The notes beneath the pieces were generated by a model. It had not been told where the DNA came from, did no database searches, and saw nothing but the letters and a program-made list of their open reading frames with translations. A stretch of 26,977 bases of DNA. It comes from a bacterium (GTDB taxonomy: Bacteria > Krumholzibacteriota > Krumholzibacteriia > G020349025). The number at the start of each line of letters is the position of its first letter. The first letter of the stretch is position 1. The translations under genes were made by a program, and so were the position numbers. The stretch spans positions 1 through 26,977 of the forward strand of contig JANLSU010000027.1 in the NCBI GenBank assembly GCA_031362565.1. Direction: 5' to 3'. This document shows positions 17,634 through 25,527 of this stretch, in pieces.

Positions 17634-17651
17634 TGATACCGTGACTGGATG
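17634..17651 (+). promoter_or_regulatory. Putative extended -10 promoter for a leaderless udg mRNA
   Basis: TG-A-TACCGT-N6-ATG with no convincing Shine-Dalgarno. Confidence 0.45.
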
Positions 17652-18401
17652 CGAGAACGAACCAGCAAACGCACCCCGCCGGATCCCGGGCGCGGCCCAT
17701 CCACGCCGGACCTCGACCACATTGCCCGCGCCGTCGTCGCGTGCGACCGTTGTCCACGCTTGCGCCGCTACTGTCAGGAAATCGCCGCCGCCAAGCGCCG
17801 CGCCTATCGCGACTGGACGTACTGGGGCCGGCCGGTTCCGGGCTTCGGGGACCCGCGCGCCCAGATTTGGATCGTCGGGCTCGCGCCCGCCGCCCATGGT
17901 GCCAATCGCACCGGCCGGATGTTCACCGGCGATTCGAGCGGCGACTGGCTGTACAGGGCATTGCACGGCGCCGGTTTCGCGGCTCTCGCCACATCCGAAT
18001 CACGCGATGACGGCCAACAATTGCGCGACGTCTACATCGGGGCCGTGGCGCGTTGCGCGCCGCCCGGCAACAAGCCCACTCGAGATGAGATCGCCCGTTG
18101 TGCGCCGTACCTCGCGCAAGAACTGGCCGCGCTGCCGCACCTTCGCGTCATCTTGCCGCTCGGCTCGATCGCGTTCGATGCCGTACTGCGGCTCCTCGCG
18201 GCGGATGGCGCCACCGTCCCGCGGCCCCGCCCGCGCTTCGCGCACTTGGCGCGCTACGAACTGTGTGGCGGCAAGCGCCCGTACAGCGTGCTCGCGTCTT
18301 ACCACCCAAGCCGGCAAAACACTCAGACCGGCAGATTGACGCGCTCGATGTTCGATGCAGTGTTCCAGGCCGCGCGGGAATTGCTCGCCGAGGGGCCTTG
18401 A
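17649..18401 (+). CDS. udgB: Uracil-DNA glycosylase family 5 (UdgB-like, 4Fe-4S)
   Basis: CDRCPRL, YWGRPVPGFGD, motif A GLAPAAHGANRTGRMFTGD, RCAPPGNKP…C, motif B YHPS.QNT.TG.LT. Confidence 0.93.
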   Translation: MRERTSKRTPPDPGRGPSTPDLDHIARAVVACDRCPRLRRYCQEIAAAKRRAYRDWTYWGRPVPGFGDPRAQIWIVGLAPAAHGANRTGRMFTGDSSGDWLYRALHGAGFAALATSESRDDGQQLRDVYIGAVARCAPPGNKPTRDEIARCAPYLAQELAALPHLRVILPLGSIAFDAVLRLLAADGATVPRPRPRFAHLARYELCGGKRPYSVLASYHPSRQNTQTGRLTRSMFDAVFQAARELLAEGP

Positions 18402-18508
18402 CCGGGGCCCGGCCTTCGGCGCCAACTCTCGCTAAGGATGCGGTCCGCGTGCCCCACGGCACCAGGCCGCCTCGACGGCATTTTCACGAGCTTCGGATGG
18501 TGTACTTC

Positions 18509-19084
18509 ATGAAACGCACGATCGCAATTCTCGCCCTGACGCTTGGCGCCACGACTCCGGCATTCGCCGACCACACGGCGGATGCGCAAGAACACGCCGC
18601 GGCCAAGGCGCCGGCCATTCTGAACGCCGTCGCGGTGATGGCCTCGGCGTCGGGGAGCACGGTGCATGGCGTGATTCACTTCACGCAGGACGGCACCGCC
18701 GTCAAAGTCGTCGCCGACATCGAAGGTTTGACGCCCAGCCAGCAGCACGCGATTCACGTCCACGAGTGCGGCGATTGTACGGCTCCCGATGCGACGAGCG
18801 CCGGCGGCCACTACAACCCCGAGGGCCATTCCCACGCATTGCCCGTGACCGCCGAGCGGCACGCCGGTGATCTCGGCAACTTGACCGCCGATGCCGACGG
18901 CAAAGCGCACTACGAAATCACCGTCAACAACTGCTCGATCGCCGGCATGAAGAATCCCATTCTTGGACGCGCCGTGATCGTTCACGCCAAAGTGGATGAT
19001 GGCGGGCAACCGACGGGCAATGCCGGCGGACGCGTGGCCTGCGGTGTGATCGGCGTCGCAAAGGCGCCGGAAGCCGCCAAGTAG
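18509..19084 (+). CDS. sodC: Periplasmic Cu/Zn superoxide dismutase
   Basis: Signal peptide ending AFA. Ligand motifs IHVHE, GGHYNP, HSH, RHAGDLGN, IVHA, GRVACG. Confidence 0.95.
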   Translation: MKRTIAILALTLGATTPAFADHTADAQEHAAAKAPAILNAVAVMASASGSTVHGVIHFTQDGTAVKVVADIEGLTPSQQHAIHVHECGDCTAPDATSAGGHYNPEGHSHALPVTAERHAGDLGNLTADADGKAHYEITVNNCSIAGMKNPILGRAVIVHAKVDDGGQPTGNAGGRVACGVIGVAKAPEAAK

Positions 19085-19100
19085 GCTTGGTCGGCGGCGT

Positions 19101-20765
19101 TCACGGCCAGGCCCCGATGCGCACGCGCGTGCGCGTGGTCGCGCTGGCCGCCATCCCATCCAGGAGATCGCGAACGGTGACGACAAGGTCGTAGGCGTCG
19201 GCCTTGACGGCACTCACATCCAAGTGAATCTCTTCGACCGGGTCGGATCGATCCGCCACGCCATTGAAGCTGGCACGCACATACGGCGCGGCGTTGCGGT
19301 CCTTCCCGGGCCCACGCCGCGCCGTTTCGCGCTGTACGAGCGCATAACTCACTTCGTAGCGGCTGTGGCCCGTGGCATCGACGTGCAACCCATAGATTTC
19401 GAAATACGCCGTCAGTTGCTTGCCGCGCCGGTAGAGAGCGACGGGGTTCGGCACCACGACGCGATCGTGTTTGACGAAGCGGCCCGCCCCGGAATCCGCC
19501 GTTGTGCCTATAAAGGTGGCAAGCTCGAGATCCGAGAGCGCCAAGCGGCCGGCGGGAAACTCCGGCACGCGCACATCGGCAACGAAAGTCCCGGCAGCGC
19601 CGCCGCCCTGGTCTTCGACGCGCAGCGCCAGCCTGTAGAGGCCGGGCACGACGTCGAATTGCAGTTGTGCCGGCCAGAGCGTCGCCTTGTGGGTCGAGGC
19701 TTCGGCGCGCGCCGTCACCACGTCTTCGTATTCGTCACGCGCCGCCTCGCGTAGCGCCGCGTCGTACAGGACGCCCTCGAGCCGGAAGCCGGCACGCCAC
19801 AGGGCGTCCAAGAACTCGAAGTGCAGGTCTTGGAGCGTGAACTGCACATGCACTTCGACACGCGGCCGCATCCCAACCCCACGAAACACGTCGGCATCGA
19901 ACAATGCGGGCAGGAAACGCGGCGGCGCGCTCGGCAATTCGAAGTGCTCGAGCCCCGATTCCATCGCCGTAACCGCGAGAATGGCCCCTTCGGACGGTGC
20001 CCAGCCGTCCAGGAACCACGCCCGCACACTCGGCGCCAGCTCCGAGAGCTGGGGACGGTCGGCATCGTGGGCCGAGGCTTCGAGGCCACCGGGATTCGTC
20101 ACGACTTCATTCGTGAGATCGGGCCGGTTCGACTGATGGGCACCCGAGTGTCCGAGTTCGAACGGTAGACCGGGCATGGACTGCTCGAACCGCGCCTCCA
20201 TGCCGTCCGAGTACACCCACGTCTCGCTCTTCGCAACGTAGCCCAGGCCAATACGCACGTCCGGAGGTTCGGCGTGGACGGCAGCGGGCGGGCCGAAGCG
20301 AATATAGAACGCACCGCGCGCGTCGAAGTACGGACGCACTTCGGTCGCGTAGTGCTGCTTGGCATACGCGGTGCGCCGGTCGTGTTCATCGCGCCGTTCG
20401 TTCTCCGGTGTCGTCGGCGTCGGATCGCGCAAGACCCAGTAGCGCCGTAACCACTCGCGCCGCCAATCGTCACTCGACAAACCCAGAAAAGACGCGCGCA
20501 AGGAATCCGACAACATAGTCGAGAGTGCGTCGTATTCGGCGCGCATCGCCGCACCCATGTTGGGGGGATCGGCGCCGTTCTCCAAGTTCCACGGGTGGAA
20601 GGCGGAATCCGCCGCGGCAACCGGCGCCAGCCGGTTCTCGAACGAGAGGAGTGTCCCCGGTGCGCGGCTGGCTTCGTTCAGATCAGTGCTTTGCGGGGCA
20701 CGTGCCATGGCCGTGGCTGCGAGCAGGCCGCAGAGAGCGGCGCCAGCGCAGAACCGGGCTTTCAC
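19101..20765 (-). CDS. GWxTD domain-containing exported protein
   Basis: Signal peptide. YW..RDPTPTTPENE…H.RR..YA…D.RG..YIRFGPP…ETWVY. C-terminal LALSDLELA…VVPNP…YFEIYGL. GTG start overlaps the dipeptidase stop (GTGA). Confidence 0.85.
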   Translation of the reverse strand: MKARFCAGAALCGLLAATAMARAPQSTDLNEASRAPGTLLSFENRLAPVAAADSAFHPWNLENGADPPNMGAAMRAEYDALSTMLSDSLRASFLGLSSDDWRREWLRRYWVLRDPTPTTPENERRDEHDRRTAYAKQHYATEVRPYFDARGAFYIRFGPPAAVHAEPPDVRIGLGYVAKSETWVYSDGMEARFEQSMPGLPFELGHSGAHQSNRPDLTNEVVTNPGGLEASAHDADRPQLSELAPSVRAWFLDGWAPSEGAILAVTAMESGLEHFELPSAPPRFLPALFDADVFRGVGMRPRVEVHVQFTLQDLHFEFLDALWRAGFRLEGVLYDAALREAARDEYEDVVTARAEASTHKATLWPAQLQFDVVPGLYRLALRVEDQGGGAAGTFVADVRVPEFPAGRLALSDLELATFIGTTADSGAGRFVKHDRVVVPNPVALYRRGKQLTAYFEIYGLHVDATGHSRYEVSYALVQRETARRGPGKDRNAAPYVRASFNGVADRSDPVEEIHLDVSAVKADAYDLVVTVRDLLDGMAASATTRTRVRIGAWP

Positions 20766-21889
20766 CCGCAGACGGTCTCGAAGAACCGCAGAACATTTTC
20801 GCCCAGGATCTTGCGGATGTCCGCGTCGCTCAAACCGCGCTCGTGCAGCAACCGCGTCACGAGCGGCATCGCGGCGGCGTCTTGGAGGTCGTCGGGCAGC
20901 GCGCTCGTGCCATCGAAATCGGTGCCGAGCGCCACGTGATCCGCGCCTACGAGGCGCACCATGTGCTCGACATGGTCCACGACGTCCTTGGAAGTGACCG
21001 GCACGTGGCCCATGGCTTTGCGCAGGACCACGCGCTCGAGTTCCGACTGCACCGGGAAATCGTACGGGTGCGCCGCGGAAATGGCCTCGAGTTCTGCCTT
21101 GTGCAGTTCCTCGGCCGCCATCTGCTTGCGCATGAATTCTTCGCTCAGGAAGGCGCAGTAGAAATTGATCCCGATGATGCCGCCCTTGGCCGCCAGGGCG
21201 CGGATTTGTTCGTCCTTCAAATTGCGGAAGTGCGGCGTCAGCGCATAGCAATCCGAATGTGACGCCATGACCGGCGCCCGCGACACACGCAGCACGTGCC
21301 AGAAGGTGCTCTCGGCGGAATGCGACAGGTCGACGATCATGCCCAGGTCGTTCATGCGCCCAACGACGTCCTCGCCGAACTTCGTCAGTCCGTTGTAGCG
21401 CGTGCCGTGCAGCGTCTCTTCTTTGGCCGCATCGGCCCAGTCGTGCGTGTTGTTCCAAGTAAGGCCCATGTACCGCACGCCGCGCCGGTACAGTTCCTCG
21501 AGCTTGCCGAGGTCGTTCTCGATCGCGTGGCCGCCTTCGACACCCAAAGCGGCGGCGATGCGTCCCGTGGCGGTGACCCGCCGCGCTTCGGCCGCGCTTC
21601 GCACCGGTGCCACTCGATCGGGGTTTTCGCGCATGGCGCGGTCGAAGGCATCGATCAGCTCGATGGAGCGCGCATACGACCGGTCCGCCTGCCCGGGCGC
21701 GGCCGACAGATAGATGGGATCGGGCCAAACCGCAAAGAACTGCAGGTCGATGCCGCCCTGCCGCATGCGTGCCAAGTCGAGATGCCCGCCGTGCGACTCG
21801 AGGCTCTCGCCCTTGGCAATGCGTTGCAGAGTGTCCACGTGCAAGTCGCAAACGATCGCATCGTGATGCAAGCGCAGGATGTCGTCCAC
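20762..21889 (-). CDS. Membrane dipeptidase family (peptidase M19) metallo-dipeptidase
   Basis: Motifs DLHVDT, GVEGGH, LTWN, DLSHS, ASHS, RNL.DEQI, LGTDFDG, KILGEN.LR. GGAGGGGG RBS with GTG start. Confidence 0.95.
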   Translation of the reverse strand: MDDILRLHHDAIVCDLHVDTLQRIAKGESLESHGGHLDLARMRQGGIDLQFFAVWPDPIYLSAAPGQADRSYARSIELIDAFDRAMRENPDRVAPVRSAAEARRVTATGRIAAALGVEGGHAIENDLGKLEELYRRGVRYMGLTWNNTHDWADAAKEETLHGTRYNGLTKFGEDVVGRMNDLGMIVDLSHSAESTFWHVLRVSRAPVMASHSDCYALTPHFRNLKDEQIRALAAKGGIIGINFYCAFLSEEFMRKQMAAEELHKAELEAISAAHPYDFPVQSELERVVLRKAMGHVPVTSKDVVDHVEHMVRLVGADHVALGTDFDGTSALPDDLQDAAAMPLVTRLLHERGLSDADIRKILGENVLRFFETVCG

Positions 21890-22183
21890 GTCCCCTCCGA
21901 TTCCAGTCTTGCCCGAATCCGTGTGACCTCGAAGCTGCCACGCAGCAAACCGCGGGCATCCATCGAGCTGTGGCCACCCGTGATTTCTCAGTCGGTTCTA
22001 CAAGTTACCACGGGTTCAGAACAAGCGATTGTTCCCATCCGGCTCCGCGTGACCTTCGCCACCAACGATCACCCAATTCCGTTGACGAACACGCGAACGT
22101 GTGCGGTTGCTGGTGCGGGTGGCCCGTTTGACGTCTGAGAGTCGTCTCACCTACGAGCGATCACCGACGCGCCCCGAAACGGC

Positions 22184-22204
22184 AAGAAAACCCGCATATG
22201 GGTT
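22184..22204 (-). terminator. Possible weak terminator after the 85-aa gene
   Basis: Minus strand AACCC-ATATGC-GGGTT followed by TTCTT. Confidence 0.3.
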
Positions 22205-22221
22205 CGGCAACCGCGCGCACA

Positions 22222-22479
22222 CTACGATGCGGTAATGTGCACCGGGTGCCGACTCCCGCGTAGCAAGCGGATCTGGTTTTGCACATCCTGCTCAGCGACG
22301 GTCGTCGTGATTCGTTCGACGAGCGCTCGACGGATGAAATCCATTTTCGTTTCTAGATTCGCGGTTGGCGGGCTAGCGGGATCTCTCTCAACTTGATCCT
22401 GGTAACCGTGCGCTTCGGCGAATCGATCGAGAACGTATTGCAGTTGGTCATCCGGGATGTTGATTGTGATCGAAGCCAT
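22222..22479 (-). CDS. Small hypothetical protein (85 aa) resembling uncharacterised phage proteins found near tail genes
   Basis: Strong AAGGGAGG RBS. MASITINIPD…V.D.FA..HGY…N.ETK.DF.RR pattern; the phage resemblance is from recall and unverified. Confidence 0.7.
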   Translation of the reverse strand: MASITINIPDDQLQYVLDRFAEAHGYQDQVERDPASPPTANLETKMDFIRRALVERITTTVAEQDVQNQIRLLRGSRHPVHITAS

Positions 22480-22604
22480 TCCGACATCCTCCCTTTTGCT
22501 TCAAACGGAATTCCTCTCACCGAGCACGAACCTCGCTTGTGTCTGCTCGTTATTCTGTGTACTACACTCCTGAAAACAGCACGGCTTTCGATCCGACGCG
22601 GCGA

Positions 22605-24497
22605 CTAGGTTCCGGCGCTCCCGATCACGAACCACGCCGAACCATTGGAATACAGCTGGACGTAGCCGTATGGCGATACGATCGAGATGTAAGTGTGCCC
22701 CTCGATAATACTCGCTCCACCTTCCGCAGCAACCTGGATCACGCGAGATGGTCCGACTTGTCCGCTCTCATCCTTCACGATGATGATCCTACCGACCTTC
22801 AGATCGGCCGTGGACAACGTGACTACTCGTCCTCCAAACGGGACAGAAGTTATCCCCACGATAACCTCCTTGTCGGTCGCCACGTCCGTTGCCGATTCCT
22901 TCAAATGCCAACCCATCTGCGCGATTCGGCCATCATAGAGATCGATTTCTGCGGCTGGAAGATCCGCCGGTTTGGCGGGCGTCGTTCCGTGGGGGAAACC
23001 CAGTCGTCCACCAAAGGCACCCCCGCTCGGCCCCGCCGCGATGATCAGCTCACCACCAGAAGCGCCCGCGGCGTCGTATTGGAAGACCCGAAAGTAGTCA
23101 TTCGTCGCGACATGATCCACCAGTAGCTTCCGGACACCCTCCTGTTTGATGAAGAGGCCGCCGTTGAATCCAGCTCCGTGATCACAGGCAATGTAAGCGT
23201 TGTCCGGTATCCCTGGAAGCGCATTGATCACAGCGAGCGTTCCAAGGCCTACGACATGCGGACCGGTGACCTGAGCGCGGACTTGCGGAGTCGCACTACC
23301 AATCCCTACCTTGTTGCCGCTTCCGTTCGCGGAGACCAGCGTCGTTCCGCCGCTGCCGAGAACCTTGAAACTCGCCGAACTCCCGGTCTCGTTCACAGTC
23401 AGACTATTCGAGACCGCGAGTTCGGTCGACGGGGTCTGCGACCAGCGATTCGCGCTGCCCACCAAGCCAGCGTTGTAGTCTGTCAACGTGGATGTGACCT
23501 TCTGATTAGCCTCTGCTCCACTGTCTGTCCGCACTCCCGCTGCTGCGATATGGTCACCATAGGCAACTACGTTCCTATTTCCACCATCAAAGCTCGGCGG
23601 CGGTCCAGCTGCCACTTGAATAGGTTGAAAGAGGATGTCCGACGAGGTGTAGGGGGACCCAGCAGGTCGTTCATATCGGCAATGAATCCACGAACAGTCG
23701 TCACCTTGGCAGACAATTTTACGTTCCTGTGGCCCTTCGAGCGCGAGGCAAAGGAATCGATTGTTGTTCGGCGTGTTCCGCGGCGTGACCCCGACAGGGG
23801 TTGAATTGAGCACTTTGCAGCACGTCAGGCCAATGTTGCTGAGCAGATGCGGTATGGTGATGGGCGTTGTACTCACGGTGATGACGTGAGAGCCCCCGAT
23901 GAACGTGTTGTCGTTGCACCAGCCGGGGGAGTAGGCCTCAAGCTGCAGGCCGGTGACGCAGAATCGCGTCATCAGGTTGCGGTATTGGTTCCATCCGTTG
24001 CCCACCCCGCCGCCGGCGTTCCCGCCACGCGCGAGGTGTCCGATCTCGAACGCGAACGCTTCGCAACCCTCGACGACGCACCTAGCGAGGCCGATCCACT
24101 CAAAGCCCGTCCATTTTAAGTCCTCCTTGAGAACGACATGATTTTCGTCCTGGACCAACGTGCGAATGACCTGGATGCCTCCGACGTACGTTCGACCAGT
24201 CGAGACCGCATCGGTGCCGTAGGAGAACGCGGGAGCCGTGAGGGGCTTTCCACCGAAATCGAACACCGCACCCCATGCCCAAATGCTGATGTTTTTCTGA
24301 CAAACGATCCCCGTGGTCCCCGCCCCGTAGCAGCGATACGTCCCGGGCGGAAAGTATAGTGTGAGCCCGGTACTGGGAGCCGCAATTCCCGCAATGGCAG
24401 TATTGATCGCGGCAACCAGGTCTGTGGTCCCCCCCGGCGCGATCGCCGAATCAATGGCGTTGATCGAAACGAAGCCCGGGAGTACGTCGATCAACAT
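22605..24497 (-). CDS. Phage tailspike/tail-fibre-like protein with N-terminal pectate-lyase-like right-handed beta-helix (putative polysaccharide depolymerase/adhesin), 630 aa
   Basis: AAGGAGGT RBS before the ATG at 24497. D…AINTAI…TLYFPPGTY beta-helix cap. Asn/Gly/Cys-rich rungs. KVGIGSATP fibre repeat. C-terminal VTL…GRIIIVKDESG…I.G…YG.VQLYSNG..WFVI domain. No signal peptide. Confidence 0.75.
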   Translation of the reverse strand: MLIDVLPGFVSINAIDSAIAPGGTTDLVAAINTAIAGIAAPSTGLTLYFPPGTYRCYGAGTTGIVCQKNISIWAWGAVFDFGGKPLTAPAFSYGTDAVSTGRTYVGGIQVIRTLVQDENHVVLKEDLKWTGFEWIGLARCVVEGCEAFAFEIGHLARGGNAGGGVGNGWNQYRNLMTRFCVTGLQLEAYSPGWCNDNTFIGGSHVITVSTTPITIPHLLSNIGLTCCKVLNSTPVGVTPRNTPNNNRFLCLALEGPQERKIVCQGDDCSWIHCRYERPAGSPYTSSDILFQPIQVAAGPPPSFDGGNRNVVAYGDHIAAAGVRTDSGAEANQKVTSTLTDYNAGLVGSANRWSQTPSTELAVSNSLTVNETGSSASFKVLGSGGTTLVSANGSGNKVGIGSATPQVRAQVTGPHVVGLGTLAVINALPGIPDNAYIACDHGAGFNGGLFIKQEGVRKLLVDHVATNDYFRVFQYDAAGASGGELIIAAGPSGGAFGGRLGFPHGTTPAKPADLPAAEIDLYDGRIAQMGWHLKESATDVATDKEVIVGITSVPFGGRVVTLSTADLKVGRIIIVKDESGQVGPSRVIQVAAEGGASIIEGHTYISIVSPYGYVQLYSNGSAWFVIGSAGT

Positions 24498-24515
24498 GTC
24501 GACCTCCTTCACGCA

Positions 24516-25493
24516 TCAGCGCGACACTTGCCCACGGTAAACCTGCTTCAGTGTTCCCCAAGAGGTCGGGGCGACACTAACGGACAAGGAGAAATACTGA
24601 ATTCGTAGATTCCCTGCGTCCACGACATAAATCGTGTTTTCCGGTCCTACTGCGATCTCAAGGATGTTTCCGAATTGACCGTCATCTGCACCGAGGCCGC
24701 CCCACTGCTGCACGAAGGTTCCATTCAACCGGAACTCCTCGATGCGGGAGTCGAAGCATGCGACTTGCAGAGTTCCTTGCGCCGTGATGGCTGCCCCATA
24801 GGGTCGGTAAAGCTCTCCTGGACTCTGTCCCTCCCTTCCCCAGGTTCGGACCAGGACACCACTGCTCGAGTACACCGTGACCCGGTGCAGCCCTTCGTCA
24901 GTCACATAGATATTATCGTGCGCATCAACCGCGATTCCGCTGGGCTCTACGAATTGTCCCGGCGCGTTACCGCTGCTCCCAAAGGAGCCAACTAAGGACC
25001 CTGAAGGATCAAACTTGAGCACGCGATCCCCGGTGGAGTCGCAAACATATACGCCCGACGGTCCGACGGCAATGCCCAACGGAGTGACCGAGGCATTGAG
25101 ACTCCCCAGGTACTGTCCGTCATTGGTGAACCGGTAAACCCGCAAGTCCCCGTAGTCTCCGACATACACGGTGCCGGCGGGATCGACCGCAATTCCCCAA
25201 GGTAGATTCAAAGCCCCAGGGGTCCCAGGCGATCCCCAGGACGTTACGAAGTTGCCGGTGCTCGTAAACTTCTGCACACGGTGCGTGAGGTAGTCGGTGA
25301 CGTAGACAAAACCTGCCGTGTCCACCGCAATTCCAGTTGGCTGCGCAAACTGGCCTGGACCAGTGCCGATTTCTCCCCACTGGCCAGCAAAACGGGGGGC
25401 TTGAGCACAGACGTTTCCCGGGACACCCGCGAACACAACGAGGATCGGGAGCGCCGAGACAACCCACCGCGAGAGACTCACCCGGATCGGCAT
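24516..25493 (-). CDS. Secreted NHL-repeat beta-propeller protein with C-terminal SWG motif
   Basis: Signal peptide, six repeats of G..G.F..P.GIAVD..G.VYV.D…RVQ.F, and the tail VSVAPTSWGTLKQVYR. Start is ATG 25493 (alternative GTG 25508). Confidence 0.9.
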   Translation of the reverse strand: MPIRVSLSRWVVSALPILVVFAGVPGNVCAQAPRFAGQWGEIGTGPGQFAQPTGIAVDTAGFVYVTDYLTHRVQKFTSTGNFVTSWGSPGTPGALNLPWGIAVDPAGTVYVGDYGDLRVYRFTNDGQYLGSLNASVTPLGIAVGPSGVYVCDSTGDRVLKFDPSGSLVGSFGSSGNAPGQFVEPSGIAVDAHDNIYVTDEGLHRVTVYSSSGVLVRTWGREGQSPGELYRPYGAAITAQGTLQVACFDSRIEEFRLNGTFVQQWGGLGADDGQFGNILEIAVGPENTIYVVDAGNLRIQYFSLSVSVAPTSWGTLKQVYRGQVSR

Positions 25494-25527
25494 GCGCCCA
25501 ACGTACACCGCCTCCCGAATTTGTCAA
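25493..25527 (-). promoter_or_regulatory. Putative sigma70 promoter giving a leaderless NHL mRNA
   Basis: Minus strand TTGACA (25527-25522), N16, TACGTT (25505-25500), N6, ATG (25493). Confidence 0.55.

Noticed and set aside
19101..21977. 958-aa ORF suggesting a long N-terminal extension of the GWxTD protein
   Set aside because: The extension is an off-frame shadow of the dipeptidase; a signal peptide begins at the GTG at 20765.
22055..22075. Minus-strand WVIVGGE peptide resembling the DUF5131 (phage Gp37/Gp68) motif WVIVGGESG
   Set aside because: Flanking sequence does not continue the family pattern in any frame; probably chance.
22222..25508. Calling the islet a prophage or mobile element
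   Set aside because: No integrase, transposase, capsid or packaging genes and no clear att direct repeats.
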